From: an uncultured Pseudanabaenaceae cyanobacterium
GTDB lineage: Bacteria > Cyanobacteriota > Cyanobacteriia > PCC-9006 > JAAUQQ01
NCBI GenBank assembly: GCA_938017515.1
Contig: CALIJJ010000030.1
Span: 6,360-70,359 of the forward strand
Direction of reading: 5' to 3'
DNA length: 64,000 nucleotides
The notes under the pieces were generated by a model. The model made no database searches. It was not told the DNA's origin and saw only the letters and a list, made by a program, of their open reading frames with translations. The position numbers were made by a program, and so were the translations under genes. Below, in pieces: positions 22,237 to 30,696 of this stretch. Each line of letters opens with the position of its first letter. The stretch's first letter is position 1.

Positions 22237-24732
22237 TTAGTTCTCCCCCGGGCGAGATGGATTGTGGTGGGTTGCCGAGACAGGCTCTCGTTGGTGCGGT
22301 TCGGTCTCTGTTTTGGGGATGTCATGATCTGAAGCGGGGGCGTAGCGGCTGAGGTAGGTTTGCACGATGCCGTAGCCCAGGGCTGCGATGACTAGGAGTG
22401 CTGGAATGGCAAACATCCAATTCCCCGTGAGCGATCGCTGGAGTTGGGCTGCTCTTGACAACTCACTGACCTTGCGTCGTTCGGGGGCCTGGGAGAGAAA
22501 TTCTAAATCGTAGTCTCGTGGGTTGTAGGGGGAGGGGTCCAGTTCCTTGGCGCTGATCAAGACGGTGTCCTGCTGGAGCTGGAAAAAGAGACCGTCGCGA
22601 TCGAACACATCCTGGACCCGCTCCAACCCCTCGGCGGTTTGGCCGCTGAGCATCAGCAACACACGGTTGGGATTCCAAGGGGATAAAATCTCGCGAATTA
22701 TGCCGTCTGTATCGGGCAGCGTGCGGATTTCGCTTTTGGCTCGCTGGCGTTTCCAGCGGGATCGCAGCCGAAAGTTGCCGGTTTCGAGGGCTTGGAGAAA
22801 GGGAAACCGTGCCTGAGTGCCGAGGGCGATGAGGTGGGCACTGTTGCGAACCTCATCGGGCAGCGTGCTCTCGGAATAGACGCCCAGTTTGACGGAATTG
22901 GCTCGGCTAACGCGACCCAATCGTTCGGCGACTTCCAGCAACAGCAGCATTTCTTCGGGCTTGGCTTGGTCGGGCAGAACCATCGCAGTGCGCGACAGAT
23001 CCTGGGGTGCTGCGAAGGGATATCCCGCCTGGAGGCGATCGAGATCCGGTAGTTTGGTGCCCACCTCGCGCTGAAGGTCAAATTCGGTTGTGCCGTGAAC
23101 CGTGCCCCAGAGGTGTTGATCAACGGCTCGGTTGCAGGAGCGGCGCTCGCGCGGGTCCATCTGGAACAGGACCTGGAGTTTGGAGTTGTGGCGGATTTTG
23201 TTTTCCGGCAGTTTGACGATTAGGTTTTCGTTGCGTGAGCCCTTAATGGAATCGAGTTTCTTGCCTCCCAGGGGAAGCCCGTCGAGGCGCACCTCCAGCA
23301 GTGACGTGAGCGGATTCATTTGGGGGCCATAGCTGTAGCGCAGTTTGACCTCGTTACCCGGTAAAAAGCTGTCGTCGGGTAAGGCCCGCATATCAAACTC
23401 GATGGTGGGGGCTTCTGCGCCGCGTACGGTGATGTCGCCGTAGGGGCGGTCGAGAAAGTCCGTCAGGTTTTGCAGTTCAAAGCGATCGCTGCTGGGCAAA
23501 TACCCCGGCCAGTCGCGGGCATCCGGCGAAGGGACATCCGCCAGGGTTTCGACCACGAGGGTCTGGCCCGTGGCAATGTCGCGATCGCGATCTTGGAGCA
23601 GCAACTGAACCGCTTTGGCGATGCCCGCATCATCTGGGCCACTGGCCACCAGAACGGACTGCCCCTGGGGAGCACTGCCGAGCATCAGAAGACCGGTTTC
23701 GGCGCTGAGGGTTTTGCCCTGCTCGTCCTGGAGTTTGCCACTCAGCGCCAGCGGTAGCTGCAATGTATCGAGGGATTCAACGTCAGCAAACTGCTCCGGG
23801 TTGCCGACAATGACGAGACGTTCGTTGACCTTGAGCTCATCGGGCGATCGCACCAGCCGAGTCTCCAAGGGGCGATAGCGAGCATAGCGGCCAAAGGAGG
23901 TTTGCAGCCGAGCCACCGCCGTCAGCCAGGTATCGTCCACGGTTTTGGGGAGCAGATAGGCAATCTGATTGGGGTCAAGGCTCAGTTCATCAAAAATCGG
24001 ATAGGGGTATTGGCTGAAGTCCAGGGCCACGGGCTGGGGGGCGAAGTTAAACACCAGCTTGGAGTCGGGCATGACCTCGGTCCAGAGGGACGGGTCGAAG
24101 GGGTCCTGGGTGCAGGTGGGAGAGTTGTTTTGCAGCGCCGCAACGACGACTTCGTTGTAGTCCTGGAGCAGGTGGGTGGGAATGTCGTAGATCGCTGTAC
24201 CAATGGTGCCCTCACGGTTATTCAAGGGCACGGTGCCAACGCTGACCCCGTTGATCAGCACGCTTAGGTTGGAGCGGGTTGCATACAGGGCCGGAGAATG
24301 GCGAAACCGCAGCATGATTTTGGCATTCTGGGTCTCCCAGTTGCGGGGACGGGTAAAGCGCAGTCGAGCCTCGTCGTAGATGCTGCGCAACTGCAGACGA
24401 CTGCCGACGATCGGACTGCGGTTAAATTCCAGAATGTATTCGCCGGAGTCGAGGGATTCGATCGGGCCGACCTTTGGGGGCAGCGTCGGGATTTCATCCC
24501 GGAGAATCCGTTCGTTTTGGCGTATTTCTTGCTCTAGGATGCGGGCATCAGCTGGACGAGCCGGTGCGTCGGACTCCAGTTGGGCGGGGGCTGGTTGGCT
24601 CCAGATACTCAGCCAGCATGAGGCAGCCAGTAGGCTTAGCAACAATAGGGGCTTCAGGGATTTATTTCGCCGGGCTGAGTTGAATTTGATGCTTCGTGGC
24701 GATCCTGTTCTCTGTTTCCTCACCTGTTTCAT
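22237..24732 (-). CDS. bcsB: cellulose synthase periplasmic subunit BcsB
   Basis: Signal peptide, BcsB-like periplasmic repeats (SNLSVLING, LWTEV, PYPIFD), C-terminal TM anchor; ends 3 nt before the bcsA start. Confidence 0.85.
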   Translation of the reverse strand: MKQVRKQRTGSPRSIKFNSARRNKSLKPLLLLSLLAASCWLSIWSQPAPAQLESDAPARPADARILEQEIRQNERILRDEIPTLPPKVGPIESLDSGEYILEFNRSPIVGSRLQLRSIYDEARLRFTRPRNWETQNAKIMLRFRHSPALYATRSNLSVLINGVSVGTVPLNNREGTIGTAIYDIPTHLLQDYNEVVVAALQNNSPTCTQDPFDPSLWTEVMPDSKLVFNFAPQPVALDFSQYPYPIFDELSLDPNQIAYLLPKTVDDTWLTAVARLQTSFGRYARYRPLETRLVRSPDELKVNERLVIVGNPEQFADVESLDTLQLPLALSGKLQDEQGKTLSAETGLLMLGSAPQGQSVLVASGPDDAGIAKAVQLLLQDRDRDIATGQTLVVETLADVPSPDARDWPGYLPSSDRFELQNLTDFLDRPYGDITVRGAEAPTIEFDMRALPDDSFLPGNEVKLRYSYGPQMNPLTSLLEVRLDGLPLGGKKLDSIKGSRNENLIVKLPENKIRHNSKLQVLFQMDPRERRSCNRAVDQHLWGTVHGTTEFDLQREVGTKLPDLDRLQAGYPFAAPQDLSRTAMVLPDQAKPEEMLLLLEVAERLGRVSRANSVKLGVYSESTLPDEVRNSAHLIALGTQARFPFLQALETGNFRLRSRWKRQRAKSEIRTLPDTDGIIREILSPWNPNRVLLMLSGQTAEGLERVQDVFDRDGLFFQLQQDTVLISAKELDPSPYNPRDYDLEFLSQAPERRKVSELSRAAQLQRSLTGNWMFAIPALLVIAALGYGIVQTYLSRYAPASDHDIPKTETEPHQREPVSATHHNPSRPGEN

Positions 24733-24790
24733 TGCTCAGCTCCTGTCGATAACACACCCATGCTGCTCTCCCTCAAGGCTCAAACGTTGC

Positions 24791-24838
24791 TCTAATCCAT
24801 CCGTGCTCTAATCCATCCGTGTTCTAATCCATCCGTTC
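24791..24838. repeat. 16-bp tandem repeat x3
   Basis: TCTAATCCATCCGT(GC/GT/TC) between the TPR gene and bcsB. Confidence 0.9.
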
Positions 24839-24850
24839 TGGCTGCCTGGC

Positions 24851-26419
24851 TCAGTAGCGCTCCCATCGCGGTTGAAAGCCGCGTCGCCTCAGAAAACTTC
24901 GCCGGACGCTGCGTTGGCGCTGGCGAATCGCCCGGTCTGTATCGGGATTTTCAACGTCAGATAGGCTAGCTCCAGATACATCAGCTTCCGGTACACCGGC
25001 TTTTGGTACATCGGCTTCCGGTACATCGGCCAGCGCCAATCGTGCCGCTTCAAACTGGGCCAGGGCCTCCTTTGGCTTGTCCTGGGCTAGCAGTAGCTCC
25101 GCAAAGGTTCGCCGTGTCGTTGCATCGCTGGGCCGTTGGGAAATTAACTGGCGATAGAGGGATTCCGCCTCGCTCAGACGCTGCTGCTCAAATCGGATAG
25201 CGGCAATACCGGCCAAGGCATCGAGCTGTTGGGGGGCATCGGCAACGTCGCGCAGTGTCTGATAGCGAGTGGCGCTGGCTTCCAGCTGGCCGTCCCGTCG
25301 ATCGAGCTCCGCCAACAGAAACTCTGTACCGATGTCCAAATCGGGCGTTGCGGCCTGGTATGCGAGTAGATTGGTTCGCGCACTGACCCAGTCCTGTTGC
25401 TGCATCTCAATTTGTGCGACCCGAAAGCGCAAAAACTCGACGGGCTCGGGTTCTTGCAAGAGTTGCTGGAGGGTGGGCAATAGGCGCGGGGGCAGCGCAT
25501 CAAAGGTGGTGAGGACATTGGCGATCGCCCGCCGTTTTTCCGCTTCGGGCAAGAGCGGCTCCAGGGTTGGCTTGAGTGCAGACAGGGCTGCTGCTGGATC
25601 GCCGTTGGCTTGGTGGGAAAGGGTCAAGCCAATCAGTTGTTCAAAGGCTTGATTGGCATCGTCGGGTTTGAAGCGTTCCAGGATTTGAATCGCGGTTCGA
25701 GGTTGATCTTGCTTGCGCAGGGCGGTGGCGTAGGCCAGCGTCGCCGCAGACGATAAGGCTTTCCCCTGGGCCTGATAGCGTTCGAACAGGGGCAGGGCAA
25801 CGTCGGTGCGATCGCTGTAGGTATAGATTTGGGCGGCATTGACGAGGATTGTTGGCTCGGGCTGTGGGGCCGCCAGCAAAATTTCGTAGTCGGCGATCGC
25901 CTCGGGGAACCGTTGTTGGTAGCCCAACAGCAAAGCACGCTGGCCACGCAGTGTCAGCTCATCATCGGGGCGCTGCTGGAGCAGCTGACTCAAAGCTGCG
26001 ATTCCTGTGGTCTGCCATTCCGGACGATAGCTGCCCATGGTTCCGACGGCCCGCAGGGCGTCAGCATCGTCTGGTGCTTGAGCCAATACGGATTGGTAGG
26101 TGTTCCAGGCCTCTTCATCTCGCCCCGCTTTTTGGTAGGCCATGGCGAGACCCTGCTTCGCTCGCAGGGCATTGGGGGTTGCGGCTAGCGCAGCTTCGAA
26201 GGCTGCAATGGCATCATCAATCCAACCCTTGGCCAGGAAGTCATACCCCGCTGCTAGGGCGCTTGGGGTTGAGGTTTCTACAGGATTGTTGCCGGGGAGG
26301 AGATCGGTGCTTTGCGCCTGGGCGGGTTGTATCCCAACCCCGCTGCACAGGGCGATCGCCCCCCAAGCATATGCCCATCCCCAGCGACTCAACCGATGCT
26401 CCATGGTTCGACCTTCCAT
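24851..26419 (-). CDS. exported tetratricopeptide repeat protein (BcsC-like TPR scaffold)
   Basis: Signal peptide (AQA), multiple TPR-like helical repeats; no C-terminal beta-barrel. Confidence 0.8.
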   Translation of the reverse strand: MEGRTMEHRLSRWGWAYAWGAIALCSGVGIQPAQAQSTDLLPGNNPVETSTPSALAAGYDFLAKGWIDDAIAAFEAALAATPNALRAKQGLAMAYQKAGRDEEAWNTYQSVLAQAPDDADALRAVGTMGSYRPEWQTTGIAALSQLLQQRPDDELTLRGQRALLLGYQQRFPEAIADYEILLAAPQPEPTILVNAAQIYTYSDRTDVALPLFERYQAQGKALSSAATLAYATALRKQDQPRTAIQILERFKPDDANQAFEQLIGLTLSHQANGDPAAALSALKPTLEPLLPEAEKRRAIANVLTTFDALPPRLLPTLQQLLQEPEPVEFLRFRVAQIEMQQQDWVSARTNLLAYQAATPDLDIGTEFLLAELDRRDGQLEASATRYQTLRDVADAPQQLDALAGIAAIRFEQQRLSEAESLYRQLISQRPSDATTRRTFAELLLAQDKPKEALAQFEAARLALADVPEADVPKAGVPEADVSGASLSDVENPDTDRAIRQRQRSVRRSFLRRRGFQPRWERY

Positions 26420-26472
26420 AAAAATTGCTGTTTGCCCTGATATCCCGTGCCTTAAACCTGATGTCCCTTGCC

Positions 26473-27666
26473 TTAAAACTGGGCCCTGAGACGAATACCC
26501 AGCACCGTCTCTGTAAACGCTTCGCGCTCCTGAAGCGACACGGCAACGCGGACATCGTCCCGAATGGGAACGTCATAAAAGGCTTCCAGGACATCTGGGC
26601 GATTGCCTGTGCGTAAATCATTCTGGGAGAGTTCTCGCCCGTAGCCGAGTCCGAGGCGATCGCCCTCCCAAGCCACATTGAGCCAGTTGAGTCCAAAACT
26701 GTAGGTGTCGCCTGCCTCATCCAATTCAATATTGCGATAGCGACTGTAGCGACCAAACAGACCGAGGTTGGCGGCCGGGATAAAGACCTCTCCATTGACG
26801 CCGTAGGCTTCTTCGCGATCGCCATCCCTCAGCCCAAACTGTCCGTCACCGCGATCGAATTGGAAAATCTCGTCAAAACCGCTGCGATTGCCCGCATCTC
26901 GAGCCGTGGTGTAGGTTCCACGCACAATCACATTGTCCCAGCGAACGCCGAGTTCCCCCGCAAAGGCATCAAGAGACCAATCCTCTAACGCTCGACTGGA
27001 CGAAAATCCCGATGCTTTCAGCTCCAGCGCATCGACCGGACTCCAGTTCACGAGTAAACCTGGCTTGGCTCCAATGCCTGCTGCATTGAGGGCAGGGCTG
27101 GTTTCAAAGACTGGATTGAAGAAGTGTGTTGTCTTGTCCTTCGAAAAGCTATTGCGATCGAAGTAGGAGGTCAAATCGATCAACCCCGCTACAAACCGTA
27201 GCTCCGGCATGGGTTCAGGAGCGTAGGCAACATAGAGTTCGTTCAGCTTGAGGCTCAAATCAGACTCCGTGAAGGCCTCCCCAAAAAGAAGGTCAGCCTC
27301 CGCGCCCAGCAGTAGCGAATCGCCCATGGGGTAAAGCACGGTTCCCCTCAGTCGGCCGGAACTTTCGCCATTCTCTTGAAAGAAAACGGCTTGCCCTCGC
27401 GTTTCAAGGGGACCATATGCCTGGGATATTTCTGGACGTAATGCGTCGTTGTCTTCAAAAATTTGAGCGTGCAAATCTGATGCATCGACAGAGATACGCT
27501 GCGGCAACGTTTCTGCTCGCTCGATCGGCACAATTACCGTCTCAAAAATGTCTTGAGGTGGTGCCTGTGCAGATACAGTTGTGAGGACACCTGTACTGAC
27601 ACACAAGAATGTGGCAACTGAAAACGGGTGCCCAATGACGGAAGTCTTGAGCCCTAAAAAATACAC
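26473..27666 (-). CDS. outer-membrane porin (carbohydrate-selective OprB-like)
   Basis: Signal peptide, amphipathic beta-strands, DLTSYFDRNSF motif, terminal Phe; GTG start at 27666 preceded by AGGAG. Confidence 0.75.
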   Translation of the reverse strand: MYFLGLKTSVIGHPFSVATFLCVSTGVLTTVSAQAPPQDIFETVIVPIERAETLPQRISVDASDLHAQIFEDNDALRPEISQAYGPLETRGQAVFFQENGESSGRLRGTVLYPMGDSLLLGAEADLLFGEAFTESDLSLKLNELYVAYAPEPMPELRFVAGLIDLTSYFDRNSFSKDKTTHFFNPVFETSPALNAAGIGAKPGLLVNWSPVDALELKASGFSSSRALEDWSLDAFAGELGVRWDNVIVRGTYTTARDAGNRSGFDEIFQFDRGDGQFGLRDGDREEAYGVNGEVFIPAANLGLFGRYSRYRNIELDEAGDTYSFGLNWLNVAWEGDRLGLGYGRELSQNDLRTGNRPDVLEAFYDVPIRDDVRVAVSLQEREAFTETVLGIRLRAQF

Positions 27667-28179
27667 GCTACTCCTAAGTTGCTCGTTTGGATGCTCAAAC
27701 GATGCTGCCAAATAGTGCTCCAGAATACAAAAGCGAGATGACTCGATTTGCCTATCGCGATTTGGCTTAAAAAAATGGAATGGTTAGAAAATCGCTTCAG
27801 CAATCTCCCTTAAAACTATACCCATAGAGATAGATGCAAGCAAGAAGAAAACCGTATTTATGCCCGATTATCTACTGCTCAGTTGATTCTGTAAGTCTGT
27901 CGCTTAGAAGACAAGATCAAACTTTACTGTTGTCCGCTTGAATCTCAAAACCCCCATGGTCTCGCCCCTGAGGGGTCTAACCCGTGGCTGCTATTGGCGA
28001 AAAGTATTGCGCTTATTGCATCACTAATCTGATGCTTTTCGCTAGGAATTTGATTCAGTAATGTTGTGTTTTTGACTTCATTGTTCGACGTTTTTTTACC
28101 AGGAAATTGGAACAGAATCAGCCGTTGTGTATCGTATTTTTCCTGGTTTTTTTTAGGGATTAGTGTCTCTCTGTCTGCT

Positions 28180-29421
28180 TTAGTCGGTCTTTCGTTTGGG
28201 GAGGAACCGTTGTGGGCTTAATTGTGTCACTAGGGCGTCATTCTGTTTTTTATACATCGCTTTGGCAAAGCGTTGGGCGACTGGCAGGACATAGACAAAA
28301 GGGCTGCTAAATCCTGAAAATAGTAATAGGTTTTCCATATTCGGAACTTCTCCAACCAAGGGAAGTCCGTCTTGGCTAAAGGCAACACAGGTGGAAATCC
28401 ACTGGCCGGTTAGGGGTTTGCTGCAGGGTAGAACTCGACCCACGGCCTCTCGAATGTGTTGGCTGCTCTCAGTCGCGTTCGTCTGAAATGTCAAGCTCGT
28501 TTGGGCGCGGCTGATTTGACCTAGGCAGCAGTGACCATCTGCAAACTGAACGAGTCCTGCATCTAGAATGGGTGCCAGAATCGTTTGCCCGGTCTGGTCT
28601 GATTCCCAGTCCTGGGCTTGGGTCGGACTGCCCGCCTCTGCTTCCAGGGCAAAGCGTTGCTGAACCGCAGGCATCACCAGGGTTTGCATCTCAAAGGGGG
28701 CCGGTGGGGTTTCGATCAGCTCAGCATGGGTGAAGTAGAGCGGTATGGAGAGATTCTGTTGTTTGAGCAACCTTCGCGTCCAGGCTCCGGCGCAGAGAAT
28801 GACGCGATCGCCCAAAATCCTCTCGCTGATGCGATCCTCGGTGACCTGAACGCCGCAGGCTCGGCGATTCTCTGCTGACCTTCCGTCCTGCAAGATGTCC
28901 GTTACCTGTCCGATCTTGGTGATGCCGCCCAAGCGCTCGAAAGCACGACGATATCCTGTCACGAGCGCGAGCGGGGAAACATGGCCGTGGGGTAGGCATA
29001 GGGCGCCGGCGATCGCCTCCGGATTGAGGAGGGGCTCTCGCTCCAGTGCCTCCGTTCGGCTCAGTACTTCCGGCTGAATCATAAATGATTCGTAGCGAGT
29101 GGCGATCGCCGCTGGATCTTGGCCCGCCTCGACGGTGAGCAGGAGGGAGCGCTGCTGAAATTGCGTATCAAATTCTAATTCATCCGAGAGTTGCGGGTGA
29201 CGGGCGATCGCTTCATGGCAGAGTGTTTGCGTGAGTTCGGAGGTGCCTGCCCAGTAAGCGATGCCCCCATAGCTATAGCGCGTTGCTCCGGGTGAAGTTG
29301 GATTTGGATCGATTAGAAGTACAGAATCTCCATACTGGATCAGCTCGTAAGCCAGTGCGGCTCCGCATAGACCTCCCCCCACGAGAATCCAGTCGTACTT
29401 GTCGTCTTTATGGGGTCCCAT
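28180..29421 (-). CDS. FAD-dependent oxidoreductase (DAO/glycine oxidase-like)
   Basis: N-terminal VGGGLCG dinucleotide-binding motif; DGLPLVG near C-terminus. Confidence 0.85.
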   Translation of the reverse strand: MGPHKDDKYDWILVGGGLCGAALAYELIQYGDSVLLIDPNPTSPGATRYSYGGIAYWAGTSELTQTLCHEAIARHPQLSDELEFDTQFQQRSLLLTVEAGQDPAAIATRYESFMIQPEVLSRTEALEREPLLNPEAIAGALCLPHGHVSPLALVTGYRRAFERLGGITKIGQVTDILQDGRSAENRRACGVQVTEDRISERILGDRVILCAGAWTRRLLKQQNLSIPLYFTHAELIETPPAPFEMQTLVMPAVQQRFALEAEAGSPTQAQDWESDQTGQTILAPILDAGLVQFADGHCCLGQISRAQTSLTFQTNATESSQHIREAVGRVLPCSKPLTGQWISTCVAFSQDGLPLVGEVPNMENLLLFSGFSSPFVYVLPVAQRFAKAMYKKQNDALVTQLSPQRFLPKRKTD

Positions 29422-29585
29422 TCTCTTCTATCCCTTTTTTCCTTGCTGCACTCCCACCTTTATTCATTGAAGCTGATTTTTGAATGCTTCTGGGTTTGGG
29501 CATGCTAAAGCTACCGTGGCTCGAATGGACTGAACCATCGGCTTTCAGCCCGGCGTCAACTCAGACCAGCATCAATAAAATCACC

Positions 29586-29753
29586 ATGGAAGACAATGTT
29601 CAGGATGCTCTCATCCTGGCCTTTATTGCCCTGCTTGGCCTGATGGGAGGTTATCTTCTGTGGCTATGGCTGGGGGCAGTGGGCTTTGCCGGTCTCCTTT
29701 TCGGATATCTCACCGGTTTACTGGTCTACTTTGCACCTTTGCCTGAGGCCTAG
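29586..29753 (+). CDS. small membrane protein
   Basis: 55 aa hydrophobic ORF with two predicted TM helices. Confidence 0.5.
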   Translation: MEDNVQDALILAFIALLGLMGGYLLWLWLGAVGFAGLLFGYLTGLLVYFAPLPEA

Positions 29754-29763
29754 TGACACGGTG

Positions 29764-30414
29764 CTAGAGATTGCTTGAATAGGGAGCACCCAACGTAACG
29801 GAGGAGACACTGGTCTGCGTGACCTTGTCTTGGGCCGTTTCAGATTGCGCCTGGTCATTGTGTGCCGTTCTATAGAGAGCAGCAGCCCGACCTGTTGCAA
29901 GATCTTGAGCTTTTTGCTGTTCTGCGGCACCCAGAAGTTTGCGCAGGAGTTGGGTTAGGGTGGCTTGCTCTCGACGAGTTAAATGATCCATCAGCGCCTG
30001 TTCCTGTTCTGTCTGGCGCTGCAATGCTTTTTCCAGCGTTGCTTGACCAAATGACGTCAATTTTACAATCACGCTGCGACCGTCCACTGGATCTGGCATT
30101 CGAGTAACAAAGCGTAGATCCTCAGCGCGATCCAAAAGGTTGCTCATACCACCAGAACTCATGTTGAGCTGGGCTGCCAGGGCCCGAGGGGAGCTTTCAT
30201 GGGGATGCCCCTGACGATGGAGAATGGCGCTTAGGGCAAAAATTCCCGGTTTCAGGCCAAGCTGCTCCAGGATAGGGGTGGCTTCTCCTTCGAGATGAGC
30301 TGCAAGCTGTTGAATCCTAAAGGTGACATCTTTTGTAGAAAGGTCGAGGGCTGGATGGGATTGTGCCCAGCTATCCAAAATACCGTCTACTTGGTCGTAG
30401 GTTGTCACTGTCAT
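29764..30414 (-). CDS. MarR family transcriptional regulator
   Basis: wHTH with DPVDGRSVIVKLT wing motif; N-terminal DxVDxIxxxW helix. Confidence 0.85.
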   Translation of the reverse strand: MTVTTYDQVDGILDSWAQSHPALDLSTKDVTFRIQQLAAHLEGEATPILEQLGLKPGIFALSAILHRQGHPHESSPRALAAQLNMSSGGMSNLLDRAEDLRFVTRMPDPVDGRSVIVKLTSFGQATLEKALQRQTEQEQALMDHLTRREQATLTQLLRKLLGAAEQQKAQDLATGRAAALYRTAHNDQAQSETAQDKVTQTSVSSVTLGAPYSSNL

Positions 30415-30696
30415 CACTCTGAATCGTAGCAAGGGTGTGAGCCAAACATTGGCTGCAAAAACAGCGCCCGTAAACTGTTCAGTTCACGCAACGGAAGGCC
30501 CCAAAACCTTGAGCGCTGAGGGGCACATGTAGCCAAAAATCTTTGAGTCAACCGGGGTCAACATAAGGAACGTACCAGATTCATCCCCAATCGTTATTAG
30601 GGGTTCTGGGGTGAGGGGGCAGAGACCTCATTTTGATAAGGGTTATTGCCCCCTACGGAAGAGTTGTCTGGGTCGGCTTTCCCTCAAAGGCTTGTC

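Noticed and set aside
27712..28179. Riboswitch or leader upstream of the cellulose cluster
   Set aside because: No recognisable aptamer or terminator/antiterminator pair
30634..30648. TGATAAGGGTTATTG as a possible Fur box
   Set aside because: Several mismatches to the 7-1-7 consensus and no iron-related gene adjacent
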